Source: Bacteroidota bacterium (lineage in GTDB: Bacteria; Bacteroidota; Rhodothermia; Rhodothermales; Rubricoccaceae). Taken from it: 48,762 nt of DNA. Below the pieces are notes generated by a model. It ran no database searches and was not told where the DNA came from. It saw only the letters and a list, made by a program, of their open reading frames with translations. The DNA is taken from NCBI GenBank assembly GCA_039027055.1, contig JBCCLD010000002.1, positions 1 to 48,762 on the forward strand, in the 5' to 3' direction. The position numbers were made by a program, and so were the translations under genes. Below are positions 1-10,189 of the stretch, piece after piece (the first letter of the stretch is position 1; each line of letters opens with the position of its first letter).

Positions 1-74
1 CGGAACTTCTGACGCACGAGCAGCGCAAGGTCCGGCGCGTCGGCGACGACGAGGATGTGGGTGGGCGTGGGCAC
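1..74 (-). CDS. partial CDS: 5' end of a probable CheY-like response-regulator receiver protein (continues past window start)
   Basis: The reverse-complement frame from GTG (74..72) reads VPTPTHILVVADAPDLALLVRQKF. This is the ILVVxD beta1/acidic-pocket pattern of receiver domains. It is too short for the ORF track and the start codon is uncertain. Confidence 0.3.
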   Translation of the reverse strand, partial: MPTPTHILVVADAPDLALLVRQKF

Positions 75-137
75 AGGGACGGGGTCGGAGGTGAGATGCC
101 AGACAAGGTACCGCGCGCCCCCCGGCGAGGTTTGGAA

Positions 138-201
138 GGTCGTGGGTCGTGGGTCGTGGGTCGTGGGTCGTGGGTCGTGGGTCGTGGGTCGTGGGTCGTG
201 G
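138..201. repeat. tandem heptanucleotide array (GGTCGTG) x about 9
   Basis: Perfect head-to-tail 7-nt units read directly from the sequence. They place a GGG tract every 7 nt on the + strand. The ORF-track peptides GRGSWVVGRGSWVV are only its translation. Confidence 0.97.
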
Positions 202-273
202 AAGCAAAGCGGCCTCGCAGGTGAAGCCAAACGAATTCGCCCAGTTGGAACCTTTTGCAAGCGACCCTTCTGA

Positions 274-325
274 CCCTATCCCCTATCCCCTATCCCCTAT
301 CCCCTATCCCCTATCCCCTATCCCT
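274..325. repeat. tandem heptanucleotide array (CCCTATC) x about 7.4
   Basis: Perfect 7-nt units read directly from the sequence. On the minus strand this is (GGGGATA)n. The array ends about 77 nt upstream of the clpB ATG at 402. Confidence 0.97.
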
Positions 326-401
326 GCCATCCTGACAGGCCTCACATGCTTGGCACGCCGTTCGTTCTATGTCGGGCAGCAAACTCAACCACACTCGACC
401 T

Positions 402-3122
<2,721 letters not shown>

Positions 3123-3189
3123 CAGCGGACAGCCCGATCAGCGAGCATGCGGGGCGGCTTCACGCGAGGCCGTCCCGCTTCGCGTTGGG

Positions 3190-3666
3190 TCACGACTGCA
3201 AACGCTCCACCACCTGGTCAAGTAGTGAGGGCGCGAGCCGCGCATTGGTCGCCCGCAGCCGTTCGATGGCAGCGACTCCATCGAGGAGATCCTGCGAGGC
3301 GGCGCGCTCGATCACGCCGAGCGTTCCCGCGATGCGCAGGCCTCGCGCTCGCGCCGTCACCCTGCCAATACGCTCGTCAATCAGTAATAGGCTGGCTTTC
3401 TCGGTTTCCGCGAGCAGGATCGCGTTGCGCTCCCCTGGGTCGAGGCGAAGGAGGTCGGCATCCTGCGCAGTGGGCGCAGATGCGACCTGGAGCCAATCGG
3501 GGGAGGCGGCGATCCAACTGCGAACAGCCTCCGGCGCATGGGGATGCGCCAACTCGGCGCGAACAGTCTCCGGGATCGTCACGGTACCGAACAGGGCGGG
3601 AAGCACCACCACCGCGTCAATCAGCACGAGGTAGTGCAGCGGCGTCGTGTTCGAGACGACGGTCAT
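3190..3666 (-). CDS. PIN-like toxin, DUF3368 family (predicted nucleic-acid-binding/RNase)
   Basis: VVSNTTPLHYLVLI...TIPETVRAEL...LDPGERNAILLAETEKASLLLIDERIGRVTARARGLRIAGTLGVI matches the DUF3368/COG2405 pattern (SPL, iP.aV..El, LD.GE..aI.LA, lllIDe..gR, GtlGvl). Its ATG overlaps the upstream antitoxin stop as ATGA. Confidence 0.8.
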   Translation of the reverse strand: MTVVSNTTPLHYLVLIDAVVVLPALFGTVTIPETVRAELAHPHAPEAVRSWIAASPDWLQVASAPTAQDADLLRLDPGERNAILLAETEKASLLLIDERIGRVTARARGLRIAGTLGVIERAASQDLLDGVAAIERLRATNARLAPSLLDQVVERLQS

Positions 3667-3929
3667 TCGCCGAGGACGTCTCGAAGGGTTGCACGGTCAG
3701 CGTCCAGGTCGGCCGCCTCGTACGCCAGCGATGCGCCCCGGCTGACAAGGAACGACTCCGTGTCCCACCGCGACGCGAAGCCAAGCAGCGCCTGCACCTC
3801 TGCGGGCGTGAACGTGCCCGTTCGGTACGCGTCTACGGCGAGCGCTTCAAGGGCACGCCGGGAGAGGTCACCTGACTCGGCGCGGAGCCGTTGGGCGAGG
3901 TCGTCGGGAAGCGCGAGCGTGATTTCCAT
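3663..3929 (-). CDS. UPF0175-family antitoxin (partner of the DUF3368 PIN-like toxin)
   Basis: MEITLALPDDLAQRLRAESGDLSRRALEALAVDAYRTGTFTPAEVQALLGF is the typical UPF0175/COG2886 layout. It overlaps the toxin gene by 4 nt. I prefer the internal ATG (3929) to the ORF-track start at 3971. Confidence 0.7.
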   Translation of the reverse strand: MEITLALPDDLAQRLRAESGDLSRRALEALAVDAYRTGTFTPAEVQALLGFASRWDTESFLVSRGASLAYEAADLDADRATLRDVLGE

Positions 3930-3988
3930 AGGCCGTGCAGGAGGAATGGATTGCGTGTACGGCACACGCAACGCTTCGTTCGGCGTAG

Positions 3989-4184
3989 GCTCGCCGAGCA
4001 GATCCTCGCCGGGTTCGTCCGCGAGGGCGACACCGTGAAGGTCGATGCATACGCCGATTGCTCGGGTGTGACGCTGGAGACGGTGCCCGTCGGGACGGTC
4101 GTCGAAACCACGCCGCTCCCCAACGGCGACGGCGCGACCGGCGAGCCCGAGGTGCGCCCGAACGCGCCGACGGCGCAGGCGTAG
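3989..4184 (+). pseudogene. orphan relic of the clpB 3' end (direct repeat copy 2), followed by the likely ancestral clpB terminator
   Basis: It encodes only the last 64 or so residues of ClpB, and the upstream part of the listed 97-aa ORF is unrelated sequence. The stop and tail are conserved with copy 1, and a strong hairpin follows. Confidence 0.8.
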
Positions 4185-4207
4185 GGAGAACGCTATCGCA
4201 ACCTCGC

Positions 4208-4250
4208 GAAGCGGGTGCTGTACTTTGCAACAGCACCCGCTTCTCGGTTA
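4208..4250 (+). terminator. rho-independent-type hairpin (14-bp perfect stem)
   Basis: gaagcgggtgctgt (4208-4221), loop actttgca, acagcacccgcttc (4230-4243), then tcggtta (a weak U-tract). It lies 24 nt after the relic clpB stop and 6-13 nt before the ATG at 4256. Confidence 0.7.
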
Positions 4251-4255
4251 CGTCT

Positions 4256-5764
4256 ATGATCACCCGGCTCCAAATCGACGGCTTCAAGAACCTGCTGGAC
4301 GTAGACGTCCGGTTCGGTCCCTTCACCTGCATTGCAGGCGCGAACGGCGTTGGCAAATCCAACCTCTTCGACGCTATTAGCTTCCTGAGCCGCCTTGCCG
4401 ACTCGACGCTTAACGAAGCAGCTTCACGCGTGCGTGATCCTGAGGCCCGCTCCGGCGATCTCCGCTCGCTCTTTACGCTGGTGGGCAACGAGCGCAGCGA
4501 GGTCATGAAGTTTGGAGTCGAGATGGTCGTTCCCCGCGAAGCGACGGATGACCTCAACCAGCCTGCCGAGGCAAGCATCACGCTTCTTCGATACGATCTA
4601 CACCTTGGATTCGAAGATGGAGACCAAGTTACGAGACCGGACCGCCTCACCGTTCGCTACGAATCGCTCACGCACCTGAATCGCGGAGATACAAGCGCGA
4701 GGCAAGTACTACCCTTCCTGAGAACGTCATGGAAGCGAAGCTCTGATTGGCGCAAGGTCGCACTCTGGGGTAGAAGGACAGCTCCCTTCGTCTCGACGGT
4801 CGATGTCAGCGGCGAGAGGCTCGCAGCAAGGGATGCCAGTCATGCCTCTCGGATTCAGCGACACCAGGAAGGCAACCAAGGACGCCCGTATCCCTTCGAC
4901 ATGGCGACACTGCCACGTACGGTGCTTTCGACAGCCAATTCGCTCGAGAGCCCGACCATGCTTGTCGCACGGCGGGAGATGCAGTCTTGGTCATTACTCC
5001 ATTTCGAACCAAGTGCCCTACGAAGCCCCGATGATTTCCGCGCACCGGGACGTATGGCTCCGAACGGAAGGCACTTGCCAAGTACACTCTATCGGCTTGC
5101 TCATCGCGCGGGTCACGAGCCAGAGGACATTTACGCGAGCATTGCCAATCGACTAGCTGAGTTGATCGACGACGCAAAAACTGTTCGGGTAGAACGAGAC
5201 CCTCCACGCCAACTCCTTACGCTGCAAGTTCAAGATCGAGCAGGCACGTTTCATTCGGCTCGCTCGCTCTCTGACGGCACGCTACGCTTTCTAGCACTCG
5301 CCGTACTCCAGGAAGACCCTGACGAGCGCGGCGTGTGGTGCCTTGAGGAGCCTGAGAACGGCCTGCACCCTGCTCGCATTCCAGCAATGATGGCACTGCT
5401 AACTGACATCGCGACGGACACGGGAAGCGCTGTCGGTCAGGACAACCCCTTGCGCCAGGTCATCATCAACACCCACTCGCCGGGCGTTGTCCAGAACGTC
5501 CCCGATGAAAGCCTACTCGCCGCGATGCCTGCTCAGGTGAAACGGGGAGGCACTTGGCAACGAACGATCCGCTTCCAGGCGTTGGACAAGACTTGGCGTA
5601 CAGATCAGGCAGACCCACCTGCGGAATTTGTAGGCAAGGGATGGCTGCTAGACTACCTCAACCGCCCTCCACCGCTCCACGCCGGCGATGGAGAGGCTAA
5701 TGATAGGGTCACGCGGGTCATCGACCGACCTGACGTCCGGCAGTTGGCGTTTCCCTTCGCGTAA
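4256..5764 (+). CDS. SMC/ABC-type ATPase (AAA_15/AAA_21-like), predicted sensor/motor of a two-gene conflict system
   Basis: MITRLQIDGFKNL...FTCIAGANGVGKSNLFDAISFL (Walker A), LSDGTLRFLALAVL (ABC signature), VWCLEEPENGLHP (Walker B/D-loop), IINTHSP (H-loop). I chose ATG 4256 because the upstream part of the ORF-track ORF is the clpB relic read in another frame. GC is clearly lower than in neighbouring genes. Confidence 0.85.
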   Translation: MITRLQIDGFKNLLDVDVRFGPFTCIAGANGVGKSNLFDAISFLSRLADSTLNEAASRVRDPEARSGDLRSLFTLVGNERSEVMKFGVEMVVPREATDDLNQPAEASITLLRYDLHLGFEDGDQVTRPDRLTVRYESLTHLNRGDTSARQVLPFLRTSWKRSSDWRKVALWGRRTAPFVSTVDVSGERLAARDASHASRIQRHQEGNQGRPYPFDMATLPRTVLSTANSLESPTMLVARREMQSWSLLHFEPSALRSPDDFRAPGRMAPNGRHLPSTLYRLAHRAGHEPEDIYASIANRLAELIDDAKTVRVERDPPRQLLTLQVQDRAGTFHSARSLSDGTLRFLALAVLQEDPDERGVWCLEEPENGLHPARIPAMMALLTDIATDTGSAVGQDNPLRQVIINTHSPGVVQNVPDESLLAAMPAQVKRGGTWQRTIRFQALDKTWRTDQADPPAEFVGKGWLLDYLNRPPPLHAGDGEANDRVTRVIDRPDVRQLAFPFA

Positions 5765-6405
5765 TGCTCCTGCTACGGTTTACGCTGCTCAGCGACGGCA
5801 CCTCGGACCGTACGCTTCTCCCTATGCTCACGTGGCTGTTTCGCGAGCACATGCCCGAAGGCGTTGCCCTACAGGAAGCCCATACCGACCTTGGACTGCA
5901 CCGGCAGGCTCCTGGGCGCTCCGACCTCGGGGAACGTATACGCCTTGCCACCGAGCTTTACCCCTGCGACGTGCTTTTCGTGCATCGCGATGCAGAGCGC
6001 GCGGGCGATATCGCCGCCCGATTCGAGGAAATGGATGGCGGGGTCCGCGCAGCAGCGCTTGACCTTCCCTGTATACCCATCGTGCCAGTGCGAATGAGCG
6101 AAGCATGGCTCCTCATCGACGAGACGACCGTCCGCGAGGCTGCCGGTCGCCCCAGAGGCCGCATGAAGCTCACGTTACCGCCTCTTTCAAGAGTCGAGCA
6201 GGTCGATGCTAAGCAGGTCCTTTTCGACTTGCTTCGGACTGCGTCAGGAACGACAGGACGGAGGAGACGCAGCTTCTCAGTAACGCAGGCTAGACAGCGC
6301 GTTGCAGAGTTGATTGAGGACTTCAGCCCACTACGGACGCTCGAAACGTTTGGCATACTAGAGCAGCACGTCGCTGATTTCTGCTCGCAACTCAATGGCG
6401 CCTGA
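5764..6405 (+). CDS. small Toprim-like protein (DUF4276/RloB/DUF4435 class), predicted nuclease effector
   Basis: The start overlaps the ATPase stop by 1 nt (TAATG). The N-terminal strand plus acidic motif is RFTLLSDGTSDRTLLPML (compare lvEGetE). It has VLFVHRDAE (DxD-like) and PVRMSEAWLLIDE, reminiscent of the FELWLL motif of RloB/AbiLii-type proteins. The family assignment is by eye only. Confidence 0.5.
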   Translation: MLLLRFTLLSDGTSDRTLLPMLTWLFREHMPEGVALQEAHTDLGLHRQAPGRSDLGERIRLATELYPCDVLFVHRDAERAGDIAARFEEMDGGVRAAALDLPCIPIVPVRMSEAWLLIDETTVREAAGRPRGRMKLTLPPLSRVEQVDAKQVLFDLLRTASGTTGRRRRSFSVTQARQRVAELIEDFSPLRTLETFGILEQHVADFCSQLNGA

Positions 6406-6566
6406 GGCACGGGAGGGCGCGGGGGCGTCGTGCGGGTCCATGCGCAGCGGGTGAGGTGGCTGCGCGAACATAACGCCGGGCGGGCGTACGTGCCAGCGCG
6501 CCGCGTGCGGCCGTCGGGGAGACGGCAGCGGGGCGGGGCACACCCCCTGATCTCGTTTCACTCGAT

Positions 6567-6600
6567 CTGTCCCCCCTCGAAATCGAGGGGGACAGTTTTT
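6567..6600 (+). terminator. rho-independent terminator
   Basis: ctgtcccccctcga / tcgagggggacag form a stem (one bulged C) with an AAT-type loop, followed by TTTTT (6596-6600). It lies about 160 nt downstream of the Toprim-like gene. Confidence 0.7.
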
Positions 6601-6654
6601 GGTTGCGGGGAGCGCAGCGACCGCGATCAAAAACAGGGGGTGCCTGCCGAGCGC

Positions 6655-7011
6655 TCAGGCCCTGAACACTGCTGCAATCGTATCCAACACCGCATGCGCA
6701 TCCGCGGAGACGGCCTCGTTACGAAAGCGCAGCACGTGGAGGCCCTCCGCTTCGAGGTGGCGCTGGCGCTCAGCGTCGTAGGCGGCGCGCTCGGGCGTGC
6801 CGTGCACGCCGCCATCGAGTTCGATGACGAGGGACTCGGCGCGGCAGTAGAAGTCCACGACGTACGGCCCGATGCCGTGCTGGCAGCGGAACTTGCGACC
6901 GTGAAGCTGGCGGCGTTGGAGGAACACCCACAGCACCGCCTCAGCCGGCGTACCGTGCGAACGGAGGTGCTGCCGGGTCGGCTTCTGGTGCGAGAGGTTG
7001 CGGGTGCGCAT
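6655..7011 (-). CDS. DUF559 endonuclease-domain protein (Vsr/restriction-endonuclease-like fold)
   Basis: MRTRNLSHQKPTRQHLRSHGTPAEAVLWVFLQRRQLHGRKFRCQHGIGPYVVDFYCRAESLVIELDGGVH...ERQRHLEAEGLHVLRFRNEAV is the classic DUF559 pattern (P.E..LW..Lr......kFrRQ..ig.yivDF.c....l.iElDG..H). The start was trimmed to ATG at 7011. Confidence 0.85.
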   Translation of the reverse strand: MRTRNLSHQKPTRQHLRSHGTPAEAVLWVFLQRRQLHGRKFRCQHGIGPYVVDFYCRAESLVIELDGGVHGTPERAAYDAERQRHLEAEGLHVLRFRNEAVSADAHAVLDTIAAVFRA

Positions 7012-7179
7012 GGGCGAAGCGTGCAGAGAACGCCCAGCTAGACAAGCATTGCAGCGACGCCGTAACACGCCCAGACCGCTACCGCTCGCAGACCGCTCAG
7101 CCTTGGCGCGGGTCGCAACGATCCGGAAGTACCTCCGTAGGCCGACGGTCTGCCCGCCCTGCTCTGCACCTCGCTCGCT

Positions 7180-9627
7180 ATGCTCGCCAACTACCTCCGC
7201 GTTGCGCTCCGGGCGCTGCGCAAGCACCGCGGCTACACCGCAATCAACGTCCTTGGCCTCGCGGTCGGCATCGCGGCGAGCGTGCTCATCCTGCAGTACG
7301 TCACCTACGAGCGCAGCTACGACGCCTTCCACACGGACGGCGACCGCATCTACCGCGTCCAGTACGACTTCCTGCGCGACGGCGAGACCGTCTTCCAGTC
7401 GGCGACGGCGTTTCCGAAGGTCGGTCCGGCAATGATCGAGGAGCTTCCCGAGGTGGAGGACGCGGCGCGGCTGTTCCTGCACTACGGCGGCGGCGTAGTG
7501 CGCGTCACCGCGCCCTCAGAAGAGGGCGGCCCGGGCATCGAGCGCTCCTTCGCCGAAGACTTCGTGTTCACCGTCGACCCGTCGTTCCTGGCGATGTTCG
7601 ACTACCCGTGGGTGGCGGGCGACCGCGCGACCGCGCTCGACGGGCCCGGCGAGGCGGTGCTCTCGGTGGAGACGGCGCGGAAGTACTTCGGCGACGCCGA
7701 CCCACTCGGCCAGCGCTTCCGCTTCGGCAACAACCTCGACTACGAAGTCACGGGCGTGATCGAGTCGCCCGAGACCTCGCACCTGAAGTTCAACGTGCTC
7801 CTCTCCTACGAGACGCTCGTGCAGGCGTGGGGCGACGGCTTCGACACGGCGTGGGGCTGGTACGATTTCTACAACTACATCCGGCTCACGCCCGGCACCA
7901 CGCCCGCGTCGGTGGAGGCGAAGTTTCCCGCGTTCATCGAGCGGCACGGCGGAGAGGGGGCGTCGGCGGGCACCGTCTTCGCACTGCAGCCGCTCGGCGA
8001 CATCCACCTCACGTCGGATCTGCTCCAGGAAGCCCGCGTCAATGGCGATGGTACGGCGGTCACGTTTCTCGCCATCATTGCCGGGCTGATCCTGCTCATC
8101 GCGTGGGTCAACTACGTCAACCTTGCCACGGCACGGGCCGTCGAGCGAGCCAAAGAGATCGGCGTGCGCAAGACGCTGGGCGCGAACCGCGGGCAGCTGA
8201 TGCGGCAGTTCCTGTTCGAGTCGCTGCTCGTGAACGTCCTCGCGGCGGTCCTTGCCCTCGGACTGACCTTGGCGGCGTGGCCGCTCTTCGAGGCGCTCGT
8301 CGGCAAGCCCATCCCGCTCGCGCCTGCGACGAATGCCCCGCTGTGGCTCGCGATGCTTGGGGTGCTTGTGGCTGGCGCCATCGTCGCCGGGCTGTATCCG
8401 GCACTCGTGCTCTCGGCCTACCGCCCGGTGACGGTGCTGAAAGGGGCGTTCGCGCGCTCGACGCAGGGGCTGACCTTGCGGCGCGGCCTCGTGGTCGCGC
8501 AGTTCGCCGCGTCGGTCGGCCTCGTGGCCGGGACCGTGCTCGTCGCGCAGCAACTCACCTACATGCGCGGCCAGGACCTCGGCGTCGACATCGACCAGAT
8601 GGTGATCCTGGACGGGCCGGGCGTGCAAGACTCGACCTACAGCGAACGCTACGACGCTTTCAAGCAGGAGGTCGAGCGCATGGCAGGCGTCCGCACCATC
8701 GCGGCCTCGACGGAGATCCCCGGCAACCTGATCTACTGGACCAACGGCGCGCGCCAAGTCGGGCAGCCCAGCGAAGCCACCACAATCATGTACCGGATGG
8801 GCGTCGGCGAGGACTTCCTGGAGAGCTACGACCTTGACCTGCTCGCGGGGCGACGCTTCCGCGGCACCTACGAGGCGGAGCAGCCCAACGTGATCCTCAA
8901 CGAGACGGCGCTGCGCGTGCTGGGCCTCCCGGATGCGAGCCAAGACGACCTGGAAACGGTACTCGGCGAGCAGGTGCAGATCGGCGGCGACACGCTCTCA
9001 GTCGTGGGCGTCGTGGCCGACCACCACCAGCAGGACCTTCAGCAGGACTACTACCAGATCGCCTACGTCCACACGCCCTACGTGAGCAGCTACTTCTCCG
9101 CCAAGCTTACCTCGGCGGCCACCGACGTACCCACCACGCTAGCCAGTCTGGAGTCGGCCTACCGGGAGTTTTTCCCGGGCAACCCGTTCGAGTATGCCTT
9201 CCTCGACCAGCACTTTGACCGGCAGTACCGCACCGACCGGCAGTTCGGCCAGGTGTTCAGCTTCTTCGCGCTGCTCGCGATCGGCGTAGCGTGCCTGGGG
9301 CTACTCGGACTGGCGAGCTTCATCGCCGCTCAGCGAACGAAGGAGATCGGCGTCCGCAAGGTGCTCGGCGCGTCGGTCGGCGGCATCCTGCTGCTCTTGA
9401 CGAAGGACTTCGTGCGCCTCGTGGTGATCGGCGCTGTGGTCGCCACGCCGGTCGTGTGGTGGCTGATGGAGCGTTGGCTCGACGGCTACGCCTTCCGCAT
9501 CGACGTAGGGCCGGGGGCGTTTCTGCTAGCGACGGCGCTGACGCTGGCCGTGGCGCTGGCGACGGTGAGCGTGCAGTCGCTTCGCGCCGCCCAGGCTGAC
9601 CCGGTTCGCTCGCTGCGCTACGATTAG
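7180..9627 (+). CDS. ABC transporter permease, double FtsX / MacB-like with periplasmic core domains
   Basis: MLANYLRVALRALRKHRGYTAINVLGLAVGIA is the typical Bacteroidota-type N-terminus. There are two FtsX modules, each preceded by KEIGVRKTLGA or KEIGVRKVLGA. The protein is 815 aa. Confidence 0.9.
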   Translation: MLANYLRVALRALRKHRGYTAINVLGLAVGIAASVLILQYVTYERSYDAFHTDGDRIYRVQYDFLRDGETVFQSATAFPKVGPAMIEELPEVEDAARLFLHYGGGVVRVTAPSEEGGPGIERSFAEDFVFTVDPSFLAMFDYPWVAGDRATALDGPGEAVLSVETARKYFGDADPLGQRFRFGNNLDYEVTGVIESPETSHLKFNVLLSYETLVQAWGDGFDTAWGWYDFYNYIRLTPGTTPASVEAKFPAFIERHGGEGASAGTVFALQPLGDIHLTSDLLQEARVNGDGTAVTFLAIIAGLILLIAWVNYVNLATARAVERAKEIGVRKTLGANRGQLMRQFLFESLLVNVLAAVLALGLTLAAWPLFEALVGKPIPLAPATNAPLWLAMLGVLVAGAIVAGLYPALVLSAYRPVTVLKGAFARSTQGLTLRRGLVVAQFAASVGLVAGTVLVAQQLTYMRGQDLGVDIDQMVILDGPGVQDSTYSERYDAFKQEVERMAGVRTIAASTEIPGNLIYWTNGARQVGQPSEATTIMYRMGVGEDFLESYDLDLLAGRRFRGTYEAEQPNVILNETALRVLGLPDASQDDLETVLGEQVQIGGDTLSVVGVVADHHQQDLQQDYYQIAYVHTPYVSSYFSAKLTSAATDVPTTLASLESAYREFFPGNPFEYAFLDQHFDRQYRTDRQFGQVFSFFALLAIGVACLGLLGLASFIAAQRTKEIGVRKVLGASVGGILLLLTKDFVRLVVIGAVVATPVVWWLMERWLDGYAFRIDVGPGAFLLATALTLAVALATVSVQSLRAAQADPVRSLRYD

Positions 9628-9657
9628 TGCGAGGACACAGCAAGTCTAGCGGGGCCA

Positions 9658-9912
9658 GCGTCACAGCAGGTGTTGCGTATCACGTGTTGCGTATCACTGC
9701 ACGCCACGTGTTGCGTAACCCAGTTGTGTGCTATGGCTCAGCGCTGCGCTGTGGACGGTTTGTGGGGGGAGCGGGTAGGAAGTGGGGCGTCTGGCACCTT
9801 TTCTAGCCCCTACTCCTCACCCCCGACACCCTCCACGTTGAGAAAGAGCGGATAGGGCACAACTTGAGTTGCGTATCAAATCGAGGCCAACACGCAATAC
9901 GCAACACGTGTG
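9658..9912. repeat. intergenic repeat cluster, family 2 (core CACGTGTTGCGTAT), with copies in inverted orientation at both ends
   Basis: gtgttgcgtatcac occurs in tandem at 9670-9683 and 9684-9697. gtgttgcgtaa is at 9708-9718 and gagttgcgtatca at 9866-9878. The reverse-complement copy cacgtgttgcgtattgcgtg is at 9891-9910. The leader gtcacagcaggtgttgcgta also recurs at 32239. Confidence 0.8.
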
Positions 9913-9929
9913 AGCAAACTTTCGACCTT

Positions 9930-10032
9930 GTCATGCTGAACTTGATTCAGCATCTCAGCGATGCCTCGAAACACCACAATCGCCAGAGATTGGCTTCGCC
10001 GGCCTTCGGCTCTGAACCGAGTTCAGGATGAC
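9930..10032. repeat. MITE-like element of about 103 bp with imperfect terminal inverted repeats
   Basis: The left end is gtcatgctgaac and the right end gttcaggatgac (reverse complement gtcatcctgaac, 11/12 match). Internal hairpins are gctgaa/ttcagc and ctgaac/gttcag. A related gtcatcctgagcgc... motif occurs at 48592. Confidence 0.6.
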
Positions 10033-10189
10033 ACCATCGCGACTCATCAGGCGGACTTGGTATGACTCCAGGCTTATCGGGCCAGCCTCCCCTTCAACTT
10101 TTTGTGAACATAAGTTGAAGCCTGCGGAACGTTTGTCGAGGCGATCCCGTCTGTGGCTGCCCGTCAGCCCGTCCTCTCCCCTCTCTCGC

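Noticed and set aside
138-325. Possible CRISPR array
   Set aside because: The units are 7 nt and contiguous with no spacers, and there are no cas genes. These are simple tandem repeats.
3891-4184. 97-aa ORF as an independent gene
   Set aside because: Only its last 64 or so codons are meaningful, and they duplicate the ClpB tail. The upstream part runs antisense through the antitoxin gene region. It is treated as a relic.
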